A stretch of 64,000 nt of DNA from Camelus dromedarius (taxonomy: Eukaryota), in the NCBI RefSeq assembly GCF_036321535.1, contig NC_087438.1, positions 10,728,001 to 10,792,000 of the forward strand, written 5' to 3'. Below the pieces are notes generated by a model. That model did not search any database and had not been told where the DNA came from. It was given only the letters and a program-made list of their open reading frames with translations. This document shows positions 1 to 12,391 of the stretch, in pieces. Each line of letters opens with the position of its first letter. The stretch's first letter is position 1. The position numbers were made by a program, and so were the translations under genes.

Positions 1-754
1 GCATTGTGTCCCACAGGCTGGGCTGGGCCCCTGCTTAGCAGGACTGGACCAGGCACCACCGTCCTCTTGGGGTCTTCAGGTGTTAGAATTAGCAGAGACC
101 TTGGCACCATCCCCTCACCCTCCTTGCTTTGCTGATGATGGGACTGAGGCCCAAAGAAGTTGAGTGTGTTGTGGTTAAGTCCTAAGGGGGTCCACATTCC
201 CTACCCTCCCGATCTGTGGGGCTCTCTGTCTTCACTGTCAGGCACCTGTCTTTTTAGGGAAGATGGCTGTGCGTCAGGATGCTGAGGGTACGGGGCTGCT
301 GTTGAATGGGATGACAAGATTTCCGCTGGGGCATGAGGCACTGGCCTGGGGCGCTGCTGAGAGCATGAGGGTGGGGGCTGCAAGCCAAAAGCAGTCCATT
401 TTCCTATATCACTGTTTCTTCGATGGCATCCCTACCTCCAAATCTGTCCTCATTGTCAGCCTTCTCCACCTGAAACCCTGTGCATTTCAAGTCTGTGCAT
501 TTCAAGAACGCTGGTATCTCTGACTACATTCAGCCTTGAGCTTCTTGGCTGAGAGATGTTCCCTAGAGACAAAACATTAGTGTTGATATTTTTGGATCAT
601 TAAGATGTCCAGCTGCGTCAGCTGCTCAACTTCTTTTAGCCTCTCTTGTCCTGCAAGATCTTCATTACCCGAGTGAAGGAAAACTGGCTTCTAATTCTGG
701 ATAATGTCAGATTGTCACAACTCCATCAGGATTTAGGTAGAATTAAATTTCTTT

Positions 755-901
755 GTATTTTTAATTTAATTTATTTTAATTTTGTTTTTTAAATTGAGGT
801 TTTTTATTGGCTTTTTTAAAAAAATGGAGGTACTAGTGATTAAGCCAGGACCTTGCGCATGCTAAGCATGTGCTCTACAACTGAGCTGTACCCCTACCCT
901 C
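755..901 (-). mobile_element. tRNA-derived SINE, camelid Vic-1-like
   Basis: Minus strand reads a tRNA-like head (GGGGTACAGCTCAGTTGTAGAGCACATGCTTAGCATGCGCAAGGTCCTGG...ACCTCC) followed by an A-rich tail; TSD TAAATTTCTTT at 744-754 and 902-912. Confidence 0.85.
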
Positions 902-1869
902 TAAATTTCTTTTTAAATAGTTTAAATTCTGAATGGGCCTAAATGACTTCCTCAAGCTTTTTCTTTACTTCAAAAAAAAAAAAAAAAAAAATCAGAAAGC
1001 GAGCAACCTTTTTTACCTTCTTTTCCTGGAGCTTCCTGAAGAAAATTGGCAGAGCGGCCCACCAGGTACAGGTAGTGAGTGAAATAATGGATCTTTTGGA
1101 AATATACAGCCCTTATCGTGAGACTCAATAGCGATGTTTTAAATGGAAGGTGTAAGCAAATCTTAGCTGGAGGCAGCATCTGAACTCCCTTTTCACCAGT
1201 GTTACTCACTGATGGCTTCTCATCAAAGAGAATTGTAATTCAAATTACTTTCAAGATTTCCCTATTGGATTCCATGAGATGCCACAGGTTTTTCTGTAAA
1301 AGGAAATACTAGCCGTAGATTTTTTTTTGCCCTTTAAATTGTATTTGAAAATTAGATATAAGAAGACTGTTGAACACATATGACATTCCATCCATCACTG
1401 ACATGGAGACAGGCTTTTATCGACTGTCTCTCAAGTTGACACGAGAGCTCTTTGCAGATCACTGATCTGTGCTGCATATTCGGCCTCTCAATTTCAATAC
1501 ATATCAGTCCTGTTACTTCATGCGTTAAGGGTACGAACCAACATCGTTACTCAGACTCACTTCCCAAGATCTATTACTGACAGGGGAAGTTGAAACAGAA
1601 AAGGGAAAAACTGTGGTACTCAAACTGTGTCTACTGTAAGTGAGCCGAAACAGGACTACTTTACAGAAAATATTAATAACCACAGTCTTTGTTTTCTATA
1701 AAAATTACTCAAGATAAGCTACACATTTTAAAACAGCCTAATTCAGGATTACCCAAAAACTGTAACATCAGCAGTTCACATCTCTGCCTTTGCAATGGTG
1801 TAAATAGGATTTTTAAATCCTGCAAGCAACAGGAGTTTTCAAATTACAGCACTGCAGTGAAAACAGAAT

Positions 1870-2120
1870 ATGCAAACCTGGAGTACTGCACAGGTGCTGG
1901 GATCCTGGGAGTCAGAATAACAAAATGAAGTTCAAATCCGGACTCCTGCTACTCACTCTTACTTTGAGCATTATTTACTCTCACTAAGCTTTTTTTTCTC
2001 ATTTATAGAATGAAAAAATCTGCCGCGGATATACAGAAGGGTTGTTTTGAGAGTAAATGTGAAGTGTTTAGGGCAATGTCTCGTGTGGGATAATAGTCAG
2101 AGCAGATCAGCTATTTTTAT
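1870..2120 (+). mobile_element. MIR SINE (decayed)
   Basis: gttcaaatcc...actttgagca...ctcatttatagaatg...agggttgttttgagagtaaatg pattern typical of the MIR core. Confidence 0.6.
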
Positions 2121-2646
2121 TAGTTATTATTCATGCTGCCTCTTACATCAAGATTGGCTAGAAAAACATCATTCTTCCTTCTAGCAGCATATTTAAAAAT
2201 TAAAAAAATATTTCCCAATTTATTTTTGGTTCTTTTACAAAGTTTACAAATTGCAGTTAAATTTGGGATCATTGCTGGTAGCAACTCAAGCTAGTATTTT
2301 ATCTCAACTCCTGTTAGGATTTAAGAGTGTTTCTTGGTCAAATGATCTCGGGAAGTGGTGCCATAGCCTACCATTTATCTATACTAAAATGAAAAAATTA
2401 CTAAGTGCAGTAAGAAGATTGGACAGTGGCTTTTCTGAGCCATTATATACCATATTTGATTGAAACAGCCTCATGTAGTTGGGCATTCAAGTTGTTTCTC
2501 ACATTTTGCTATTGTAAATAGTGCAGAACCTGCATCATTGGTAGACAACAAAATTTAAAAATAATATTGGTTGAAAACCCTTTCATATAGATGACTATAA
2601 AATAGACCCCAAAACTTAGAGACATAGAAAGTGTGACGCATACATG

Positions 2647-3160
2647 ACTAGTGGGAACATAAAAGGGTTCAGCCACTATGGAAAGCAGTGTGGTGATTCC
2701 TCAGTAAGTTAAACACAGAATCACCACACGATCCAGCAATTTCACTCCGAGGGATATGCTCCCCCAGATTGGAAACAGATGTTCAGACAAAAACTTGTAC
2801 ATCAATGTTCATAGCAGCACTATTCACTGTCGCCAAAAGGTAGAAACAACCCAAATGTCCATAAGGGGATCAGTGGATAAACAAATGTGGTATATCCATA
2901 CAATGGAGTATTATTTAGCCATAAAAAGGAATGAAGTACTGATGTATGCTACAACAGTGATGCACCTTGAAAACATGCTACGTAGGGGATGCCGGACACA
3001 AATGTTCACATACTGTATGATTCCATTTATAAGAAATATCCAAAATAGGTAAATCTATAGAGACAAAAAGCAGGTTAATGGTTGTCCAGGGCTAAGGGGA
3101 AGCAAAGAAGGTGTGACTGTTTAATGAGTAGGGGGGTTCCTTTTGAGGTGATGAAAATGC
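2647..3160 (+). mobile_element. Old L1 (L1MB-like), ORF2 C-terminus and 3' UTR
   Basis: ORF 2756..3052 contains MWYIHTMEYYLAIKRNE, the typical L1 ORF2p C-terminus; L1 3' UTR motifs follow. Confidence 0.85.
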
Positions 3161-3330
3161 TTGCTTTTGGCCAAATTATTTCCTCCTAAACTATGAGGAA
3201 CCCCTTTTTAAGGGATGGTGTTGGGCATTTTTGCTCTGTCCTCCTGGACTGGACTTGATGGAAAGGCATTTTGATCAAGATAAAAAATTTGTAGCTTAGC
3301 TAAGGGGTTGTCATCTAATAATCATCTCTC

Positions 3331-3487
3331 TTTTTTTTTCTTGTAACATTTTTCATTTTTTTTTTTGAAGGAAGGCAATTAGGTTTATTTATTTATTAAT
3401 TGTTTTTTAAAATGGAGGTACTGGGGATTGAGTCCAGAACCTTGTGCATGCTAAGCACACACTCTACCACTGACCTATATCCTCCCT
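3331..3487 (-). mobile_element. tRNA-derived SINE, Vic-1-like
   Basis: GGAGGTACTGGGGATTGAGTCCAGAACCTTGTGCATGCTAAGCACACACTCTACCACTGA on + strand, homologous to 826-900, preceded by a T-rich tail. Confidence 0.85.
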
Positions 3488-4025
3488 GTGCCATCTCTTG
3501 TTCATAGTCTTCTTTTCATCTTTTTCTTTTTCTTTCTCTTTCCATTTTTTTCTTTTTCCCATCCTTCTTTGCATCTTCCTCTTAACTGCTGCCTATATTT
3601 CAGGCTTTCCAGGAAGACTGAAGCACATTCACTTGGTGACAGAGGTGGAGGTCTTGCTTTTTTGCTAGATTTGAGACAATCAAGTCCTTAAAAACATTCA
3701 CTAGACATATTGGGCTCTGCTAAAAAATTTGCCATGCTTGGATTCATGTCAATATGTGTATTGTGAACATAACTTTCTTCTTAAAACAACAGCAGGGAAT
3801 TGCCTCTATTTTATCATCTATTTTTGGCTAATTCTTTTGACAAATTACTGTCAAATAGCTTTAAAAGAGACATGTTTATCACTTTTTAAATTTTTGTCCT
3901 CAAGAGTGATTTTTTTTTTTAAAGCCAACATGATTGATATTTAATGTGAAAAAGTATGAGAACTAAGGACATTGGACTGGAATTTAAGAAATATGTTATT
4001 ATTTACCGACAAAGCAATGGCTTTT

Positions 4026-6162
4026 TCCCCTTCAATTGAAGTAAAGTCCACAAGCCATACAATCAACCATTTGAAAATACACAATTCAGTGGCATTTAGT
4101 ACATTCACAATGTCATGCGAACACTACGTCTCTCTAGTTTTAAAACTTTTTTTATCACTCCAGAGAACAGCCTGTACATTAAGTAACACTCCCCATTTCT
4201 CTCTCCCTCAGTCTCCTGGGAACCACTTATCTGCCTTTATGGATTTACCTATTTTGGATATTTCATATAAAAGAATCATGTTATGTGTAACCTTTTGTGC
4301 CTGGCTTCTTTCCTGGAGCATAATGTTTTCAAGGTGCATCAATGTTGCAGCATATATCAGTACTTCATTCTTTTTTTCTGGCTGAATAATATTTCATTGT
4401 GTGGACGTACCACAATTTGTTTATCCATTGATATCTATGGACATCTGGGTTGTTTCCACTTTTTGACTATTGTGAATAGAGCTGCTTTGAACATTGGTGA
4501 ACACATCTTTGTTTGAACATTTGTTTTCAGTTCTTTTGGGAATTCCACCTAGGGGTGGAATTGCAAAATTATATGGTAATCTTGTGTTTAACTTTTGGAG
4601 GAGTCACCAAATTGTTCTCCACAGTGGCTGCAGCATTTAAAAATTCCCATAAAAATGTATGAATGAGGGTTCTTATTTCTCTATGTCTTTGCCAATGCTG
4701 ATTATTTTTCTTTCTTTTCCCCCATTATAGCCATCCTAGTAGATGTGAAGTAGTATCTCACTGTGGTTTGATTTTTACATTCTTAATAACTGATGATGTT
4801 GAAACTCTTTTCCCATTCTTGTTGGCCATTTGTATATCTTATTTGGAGAAACGTCTATTCAAATTCTTTGTCCAGTTGTTAATTGGGTTATTTGTTTTTG
4901 CTGTTGAGTTGTAATAGCTGTATATATTCTAGATACTAAGTCTTTATCAGATATATACTTTGCAAATATTTTGTCCTATTCTGTGGTTGTCTTTTTTCTT
5001 TCTTGATAACATCCTCTGATGCACAAAATATTCTAATGTTTGTAAAATTCAACTTATCTATTTTTTCCTTTTGTTGCTCATGCTTTTGGTGTCAAATTTA
5101 GGGTCCCATTACCAAATCCAAGGCCATAAAGATTTGCCCCTTTGTTTTCCTCCAGTAGTTTTTATTTTTAAATCTTATGTTTATTTAAGTCATTGATCAA
5201 TTTTGAGTTCATTTTTTTTATTATGGAGTGAGGTAAGACTCCTACTTTTTTCTTTTGCGTGTGTTTATACACTTTTCCCAGAACCATTTGTTGAAGAGAC
5301 TGTTCTTTTCCCATTGATTGAGCTTCGCACCCTTGTCAATAGCTATTGGTTATAATTTTTGGATTTATTTCTGGACTATCAATGCAATGCCACTGGTCTA
5401 TAAGTCTGGCTTTGTGCTAGTACTACACTGTTTTGATTACTGCAGCTTTGTAGTTAATTTTGAAATCAGGAAGTGTGAGTCTTCCCACTCTTTTTTTCTT
5501 TTTCAATATTGTTTTGGCTACTCAGGGCCACTTGGAATACCATATAGATTTGAAAATAACATTTCTATTTCTCAAAAAAAAAAGCCATTAGAATTTTAAT
5601 AGGAACTGAATTTAATCTGTAGAATGCTTGGGGTGTATTGCTGTTTTAGCAATATGTATAAATCTTCCTATCCAAGAATACTGGCTATTTTTTTCATTTT
5701 ATAGGTCTTATTTAACCTTCTTCCATAACATTTTATAGTTTCAGATTTTGAGTCTTTCAGCTTTGTGATTAACTTTATTACTAGGCTTTTTTTTTTTTTT
5801 TTTTTGGATACTATTATAAATAGAATTATTTTCTTAATTTCCTTTGTGGATTGTTCATTGCTAATGTATAAAATCACAGCTGATTTTTGTGTGTTGGTCT
5901 TCCACTTAACTTTGCTGAATTTGTTTATTAGCTTTTGCAACTGTTTGGTGTATTCATTGGGATTTTCTGTATATAGAATCATGTCATCTGCAAATAAATA
6001 TAGTTTTAATTTTTTCCTTTCCAATTTGGATGGCTTTTATTATTAGTTTTTCTTGCCAAATTACTCTGGCTAGGACTTCCAGTCCAGTATTGAATAACAG
6101 TCTTGAAAATATGAATAAGACAAAGATGCCCATTTTCACTACTGCTATTCAACATTCTACTG
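4026..6162 (-). mobile_element. Old L1 (L1MB-like), about 2.1 kb, 5'-truncated with a short 5' inversion
   Basis: ORF 5668..6024 carries the RT motif LYLFADDMILY; L1 3' UTR near 4030-4350; degenerate TSD aaagcaatggctttt (4011-4025) / aaagtaatggatttt (6163-6177). Confidence 0.9.
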
Positions 6163-6814
6163 AAAGTAATGGATTTTGTAGAACATTTTTCATTTATTCC
6201 AATTCACAAACTAAAGTCAGTGGTTTAATAATGTCCCACTTTCCTGAGGTTGTTTTTGGCAAATTTGCTATCTAGAACTTAAAAATACTGAAATAGTCCT
6301 ATTAGGAGGAAGATGGTGACTACCATCTGTCTTACCTGACTAGATCTGCTTTCTGTTAAAAGCCCATTGACCAAGAATCACGTCTAAAATTAGGGCTAAT
6401 GATTTAGTAAGCTTGGTGTTTTCCTTAGTGACTTGTGGTTCTTTCTAGTTTATAACACATAATGAATTAAAAGTAGTGGAGAGAGTAGGGAACTGTCAAC
6501 AGCTGACACTTGGGGAAATGACAGTTGACAACAAGAGAACAGAAGAAACGCAGAGAGAGAGGGAATTCAGTTAAATGCTAAATGCTAACCACTTCAGTGA
6601 CCCCACTGTGTCATCAGTGAGTTAGCAGTGAGAGACCGTATAATTTTTAGAATAACCCATTCAGTTCATTTAACAAAAAGTTTTATAAACATGAAATTAA
6701 AATGTCTTCTGAAGGGAAAGTTTCAATTTCATGGATTTTGTATTTACATTGCATATCTCCTTGTCAATGCCAGGGAAATGAGTCATTATATGAAATAATA
6801 GGACAATTTTTATA

Positions 6815-7243
6815 TATTTTTTTTATTGAAGTATAGTTGATTCACAATATTATATTAGTTTCAGGTGTACAACATAGTGATTCAATATTTTAAAGATTAT
6901 ATTCCATTTAAAGTTATTATAGAATATTGGCTATGTTCCTTGTGCTGTACAGTGTATCCTTGTAGCCTATTTATTTTATACATAGTAGTTTGTACCTCTT
7001 AAAAGCTTACCCCTCTCATGCCCCTTCCCCCTCCCCTCTCCCCACTGGTAACCACTAGTTTGTTCTCTGTATCTGTGAGTCTGTTTCTGTTTTGTTATAT
7101 CCATTCATTTGTTTCATTTTTTTTTTTTAGATTCTACACGTAAGTGATAACATGCCATTTGTCTTTCTCTTTCTGACTTATTTCACTAAGCAAATACCCT
7201 CCAGGTCCATCCATATTGTTGCAAATGGCAAAATTTCACTCTT
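6815..7243 (-). mobile_element. L1 3' end
   Basis: T-rich tail then attgaagtatagttgattcacaat...ccatccatattgttgcaaatggc. Confidence 0.88.
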
Positions 7244-7447
7244 AGAGCAGTCTTTTCCAAGTGAGTTCTCTGACATATTTCTGGTGAAGGGGATATGGAA
7301 AGGATGTGAACCATCACGGTAACTCACCCCCGTGAAAATAAATTGATAGTTTTATTTTTTGAGACCCTTCATGGGGGTATTTGAGTATAGCTCTGCCAGT
7401 AAGTATTAAGCCAATGAACGGATGGTCATTTCCTAAACAACTAGATC

Positions 7448-7575
7448 TATGGGGACCACGTAATTTATTGTTCAAACCAGGACCCTTTCAAGAAAAGGAT
7501 GCACTATTAATTATACCAGGACAAAAGGTATAAACCGGTACTGTCTTGGGCAGACTGAGATGACTGGTCATTCTA
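7448..7575 (-). mobile_element. MER94-like hAT-Blackjack MITE
   Basis: Degenerate TIRs (tatggggacca / tggtcattcta); reverse-complement homologue of 46710-46845. Confidence 0.65.
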
Positions 7576-8469
7576 ATTAAAACCATTAGGACCACTTGTG
7601 TTTTTATTCTTAATGTTCTTGTTAATTTACCATGGGCAAAATTAGTCACAAGAGAAATTTTTATTCGTCAAAGCTACAAGCCAGATTTTCAATGGAGAGG
7701 AAAATGAGCTAAGGGCCCATTGTTATGGTGGTTGCTCTTCTAGACTGGCCTATTCTGGTGATGTGAGGCTAGACTGAAGTCAACCCATATTGGTTTGATA
7801 CTGAGTGTGGCCAAGACAGACCTGTCTGGTGGGTCTGGGTCCAGGCAAAGGCTGGGGTGAAGGGGACCTCACTTCAGCCAGGATCTTTTGGGCCGTTCTT
7901 GTGCCCCTCTCAGACTTCATATCAAAACAAGGCAGCCTGGGACCACCTCGGTTGCACCAGGGCTCACACAATAGGGAGGAGTCCTAAAGTTTGGCTATAA
8001 CTGGACTCATTCCAGGGATTAGCAGGAACTGAGCAAGAAAACCCTTCTCATTAGGAATAGTTAGTTTCACTCCCTGCCATTTCCTTGATAAGTAAATTTC
8101 ACAGCCAAGCAATCACCACATAATAAAAGCTATTACACGAACATACTCAATCATGTGGATGTCATCTACGATTCCAAGGGCTAAAGGTAGAGATGATTGA
8201 AAACCAGAAATGATGCAGTTTAGGTAAACATGGTGAAAGTCATCTGTTGACTTCAGCAAGACCTTACGTTTAATAATCCTTCTCCAGTAAGTGAGCGTGA
8301 GTTTGTCCACCCCTACGATGAAGACTTACAGGGAAAAGGCTGTTGGAAAATGGTAAAAGTAATGCAGGCCATCTGTGAGCATTTATTACGTAGTAGGCAC
8401 AAGTCGTTTGCCTAAAGCAACGTGGTTAGTAGCAGAGAGGAGCAGAGCTGGAATTAAAATCCCATGTTC

Positions 8470-8675
8470 GAAACTGACATAACATTGTAAACTGACTATA
8501 ACTCAATAAAAAAAAAAACTCATAGTACCCTGAACTGAAAAAGAATATAAGTATGTATATGTATGACTGAACTATCATGCTGTACACCAGAAATTGACAC
8601 AACATTGTAAACTGACTATACTTCAATAAAAAAAATTTAAAAAATAGCAAATAAAGTACGATCCAAAAAAAAAAA
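8470..8675 (+). mobile_element. Composite insertion of two L1 3' termini plus an extra tail
   Basis: Two copies of acattgtaaactgactata..tcaataaaa inside one TSD AAAATCCCATGTTC (8456-8469 / 8676-8689). Confidence 0.85.
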
Positions 8676-8744
8676 AAAATCCCATGTTCTTTTCACTCTG
8701 CTGTACTGACCCCCAATTGTAGACAATGGAAAAGCGTTAAGATA

Positions 8745-8935
8745 CAGATCAGGAACCTGGGTCCTAGTCATAGCTATGTCTTTAATAAGGGTAAGTCAGA
8801 TGATTTTTCTGACTCATAGTTTCCTCGTTTGTTAAAGGAAGTTAATACAGGACCCATCTGAATTCCAGGGTGGTGGTGAACATCAAATGTGATGTGCTTT
8901 GAAAATACTTCTCATAGTATAAAGCACTGTGAAAG
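8745..8935 (+). mobile_element. MIR SINE (decayed)
   Basis: acctgggtcctagtc...agtttcctcgtttgttaaagg...gtggtgaacatcaaatg. Confidence 0.55.
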
Positions 8936-9715
8936 CAGTTATTCAGATTCTGTCTTAATCACACTTGTAGAGTGACCTTTATGAAAAATTCTTTTAGTTT
9001 TTTCTGGATCTTCTTCTCTGTACTTAGAGATGCAAAAGATAGGGAGAGAAAGGTCACCCCCACCACCTCCCACATTCATCCCAGGAATTTCTTGTAAATA
9101 CTTTTCAAAATGATTTCTATGGAGGTGCCTTTGCTGGCTATTTTAGGAGTTGTTTGCAGGTAACAATTTCTACATAGATAAGCATAATTCTGAGTTATCT
9201 CCTACATCTTCAGTCCTTACTAAGAATTCCTGAGATTTTAAATGTTAAGAGATGCTGATAAGACAACTTAAGTTTTAAGTAATAGAAGTCTTCAACTCAA
9301 ATTGATTCAAACATAAGGAAACACAAGGGAGTTTTCCATCTTACTTAATAAAAATTTCACAGGTAAGGCAGCTCCTGCTGTGGTATCTCAAAGCCTTAGA
9401 TCTGCTTTCTGGAAATTTTATTTACTTTGACCTTCACCACGTGTTGATATCATGGCTGTGATTCCAGGTCTTAAAGCATATAGGGCATCCTCCAAAGGAT
9501 AAAATGAAAACTTTCCCCCAAAGTTCTCTGGCCAGGATTGTACTGAATGCCACCTCTAAGCTAATTACCAGCAAGAGGAATGGGGTCACCATGGCTCATC
9601 ATTTGAAGTGGGATGGATCTGAGGGAGTCAACCACCAGTACTACTGTAATAAGAGATTGGAAGGACTGAACCATTTGACAATAAGTAACTTTCAGGCAAA
9701 CTCTTCAGAGTAGAC

Positions 9716-10115
9716 TTTTTTTTAAACTGAAGTATAGTCAGTTACAATGTGTCAATTTCTGGTGTACAGCATAATGTTCCTGTCATACATATACATGCAT
9801 ATATTCCTTTTCATATTCTTTTTTCATTATGGGTTACTACAAGATATTGAATATAGCTCCCTGTGCTATACAGTAGGAACTTGTTTATCTATTTTATATA
9901 TAATAGTTAGTATCTGCAAATCTCGAACTCCCAGTTTATCCCTTCCCACCCCCTTCCCCCCTGGTAACCATAAGTTTGTTTCCTATGTCTGTCAGTCTGT
10001 TTCTGTTTTGCAGATAAGCTCATTAGTGCCTTCTTTTTTCTTTTTTTAGATTCCACATGAGTGATGTCGTTCAGTATTTTCCTTTCTCTTTCTGGATCAC
10101 TTCACTTAGAATGAC
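9716..10115 (-). mobile_element. Lineage-specific L1 3' end
   Basis: gaagtatagtcagttacaatgtgtcaatttctggtgtacagc...cacttcacttagaatga. Confidence 0.9.
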
Positions 10116-10584
10116 GATAAGGCTGTTTCATTGATGGGGTGACAAAGCTTCTGCCATTTTGCACACATTATCACCCACACAGATCACAGCCAGTGTGAAG
10201 AAACAGATAGCATTGTACTTGTTCTGTTGCCACATTAACAGATTTCATGATTTCTTTGTGACTTCTCTGGGGAGGTATGTGAAGGATGGAGTGTACCTGT
10301 CTCTTTTTCCCAACTGGAATATCCACCACAATGCAAGTATATTCATTCCAGTAATTTTGCACACAAATTTCAAGGTAGGCCTTTTGGGAAATTCTCTCTT
10401 AGCTTCCAGAAATGTATGTGAGACTCTAATATGTTTCCAAGCATGAGTATTAACAGTATTTTGTTAATGTTGGCATCCTGGAAACTCAGAGAACGTTGAT
10501 GATCACCAGGGAAGCCTCTGGAATGGCATTTTGTAGGCTCCTCTTCCTCTTCATTGATGCATTTGTTCAAAGTGGTACATCACA

Positions 10585-10810
10585 GCTGTGAAGAGTGGGG
10601 TGCTCTGGAGTTGGTCTACTTGGATTCAAGGCTTGGTGTTCCATTACTTACCAGCTGTGTGACCTTGAGCAAATTAATTAGCTCGATATCTCAGTTTCCT
10701 CTTTGGAAAAATAAGCAGAATAATAACACCTACCTCACAGGGCTGTGCAGCTTCAATTAGATAATGTACAAAAGGCACTCGGCCTAGCATCTAGCCAGGA
10801 GATATTAATT
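10585..10810 (+). mobile_element. MIR SINE
   Basis: ctgtgtgaccttgagcaaattaatt...tcagtttcctctttggaaaaat...acctacctcacagggctgtg. Confidence 0.8.
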
Positions 10811-12266
10811 GATCTTTGTAATTAATCTTTCCAATCCATGTTTGTTACTACTATAATGACTGTATTACTGCTGCCACCGCCACAACTATTACTGTGTATC
10901 AATGGCTGTATTGTCCCGAACAACAGGAAAAGGGTGAAACTGGTGTATTCTCATACTGTGATTTGGTGGGGCAGAGGCTGGAGAGAGAAAAGTGCGAGTT
11001 AGCTCAGTATCACGATCAAACGTCTTATTTCTTTGAGGAAATAAGAAGAAACTGAAGTGGAGACAAGGAATGGGAGACTTCCTTTCCTCTGGATGGGATG
11101 AAATACAGGAGTGATAGATTTTAAACCATGCACCCTGTCTCTGTTTTTCAGTTAGCTGAGCCTGCAGTTCCAACTGAAAACATTTGAGATGAAAGAAAAT
11201 TAATCTTTTTGGAATGGCAGGGGACAGCTGATGTATTCCAAGAGGAGACTGGTTATCCCTTACGATGATGACTTTTGCGTGAAGAAATAAGCCTCAAGGT
11301 CTTGGCAAGGGAGAAATGGTAACTCTGAAGTCTGGCATCTCTCTCCTGAGTGATTTGTTGACTCGGTTTTAGCTGAGTGTTTTTTGTATTAGCCTGTAGT
11401 CAATCCAGCTGGAATACTATGACCTAGTGCCGAAAAGCCAACTAACTAGTTGGAGACATTCCTATCCGTTCCTTGACAAAGGAGACAATTCTCACCTGAT
11501 GAAAAGAAATAATTAGCAAGACATTATGTATGTTTTGGTGGAATGGAACGTGCTCTTCTTGGTGAAAGCTTGTTGGAATAAGACATTAAATTCCTGTTTA
11601 TTTTGTGTCTTCATCTACCAGTCCACAATGGCAGCTGTTTATCGTGTTCATAATCAGAGCCACCCTCGTTTGAGGAACCGCTTCTTTTATTCAATCCCCT
11701 GAAGGAAATATTTGAGAACCCTAAGCTTCTGATATCAACTGAGATAATCTGCTGATGAATTCCTGATCTGGACAACTCGCCCAAACTCTCCTGTAACTTG
11801 TTCCCCTGAATGAGTGGCATCTGTTTAATATATCGTGCGATGCTTACCCTCTGCGTTTTTTTCCTTTTCTGACTTCTGTCCCTTTTCTTACATTTGAGTG
11901 AACATTCGATGTTATGGCAGGAACAACTCATTATGCTTATGATGAAGCACAAAAACTGTCTAGAAAAATATCTACTGACCATTTACCCATGAACCATGAC
12001 TAATACTTATCTAAATGGAATGAAGGGTAATGACTCCAGAAATTCATAGGAAAAAAGGGAAGGGCTCAGTGTTTCATAGCAGTAACAGTTGAATAGCTAT
12101 TTCCTCTTTTTTTTACAGAATTTTTTACCCTTTAGTCTCAAATTGCTTAGCAAAAACTCTCTTACATACCCTAGAATAATTCCTTTTGAAAAGCCTTATA
12201 ATACTGTCCTCAGTAATATTTAATATCATATTCTCTATAATATTAGAGAAGTAAAAAAACGCTTTG

Positions 12267-12317
12267 TGCTGTACACCAGAAATTGACATGTAGCTGACTA
12301 TACTTTAATTTAAAAAA
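12267..12317 (+). mobile_element. Very short (about 50 bp) L1 3' terminus
   Basis: tgctgtacaccagaaattgaca..ctgactatactttaatttaaaaaa matches the L1 end seen elsewhere in the window. Confidence 0.7.
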
Positions 12318-12381
12318 GCACCCTTGAAGGTGACCAAATTCATCAAAAGAGATCATTTTTAAATTCTCCTAGCGCAAGTCT

Positions 12382-12391
12382 GTGACGTCAC
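12382..12391. promoter_or_regulatory. Perfect CRE (CREB/ATF) palindrome
   Basis: GTGACGTCAC in a locally CpG-retaining patch, with a CAGCTG E-box about 45 bp downstream. Confidence 0.4.

Noticed and set aside
478..506. 15-bp tandem duplication (also a 16-bp one at 39627-39658 and 9-mers at 63943-63977)
   Set aside because: Only two to four adjacent units with no spacers; ordinary slippage, not CRISPR-like.
826..900. tRNA gene (also 3414-3487)
   Set aside because: Degenerate B box and stems, an A-rich tail and a TSD identify these as SINE copies, not functional tRNAs.
9250..9650. Possible very old MaLR LTR
   Set aside because: Resemblance too weak to set boundaries or family without a search.
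9747..10049. Recurrent hydrophobic 'MLCQFLVYSIM...' ORF family (also near 8426, 14757, 31732, 36748, 56236)
   Set aside because: Looks like a small membrane-protein family but is the antisense translation of L1 3' UTR copies.
11611..11982. 123-aa ATG-initiated minus-strand ORF
   Set aside because: No recognisable domain or gene context; this length is compatible with chance.
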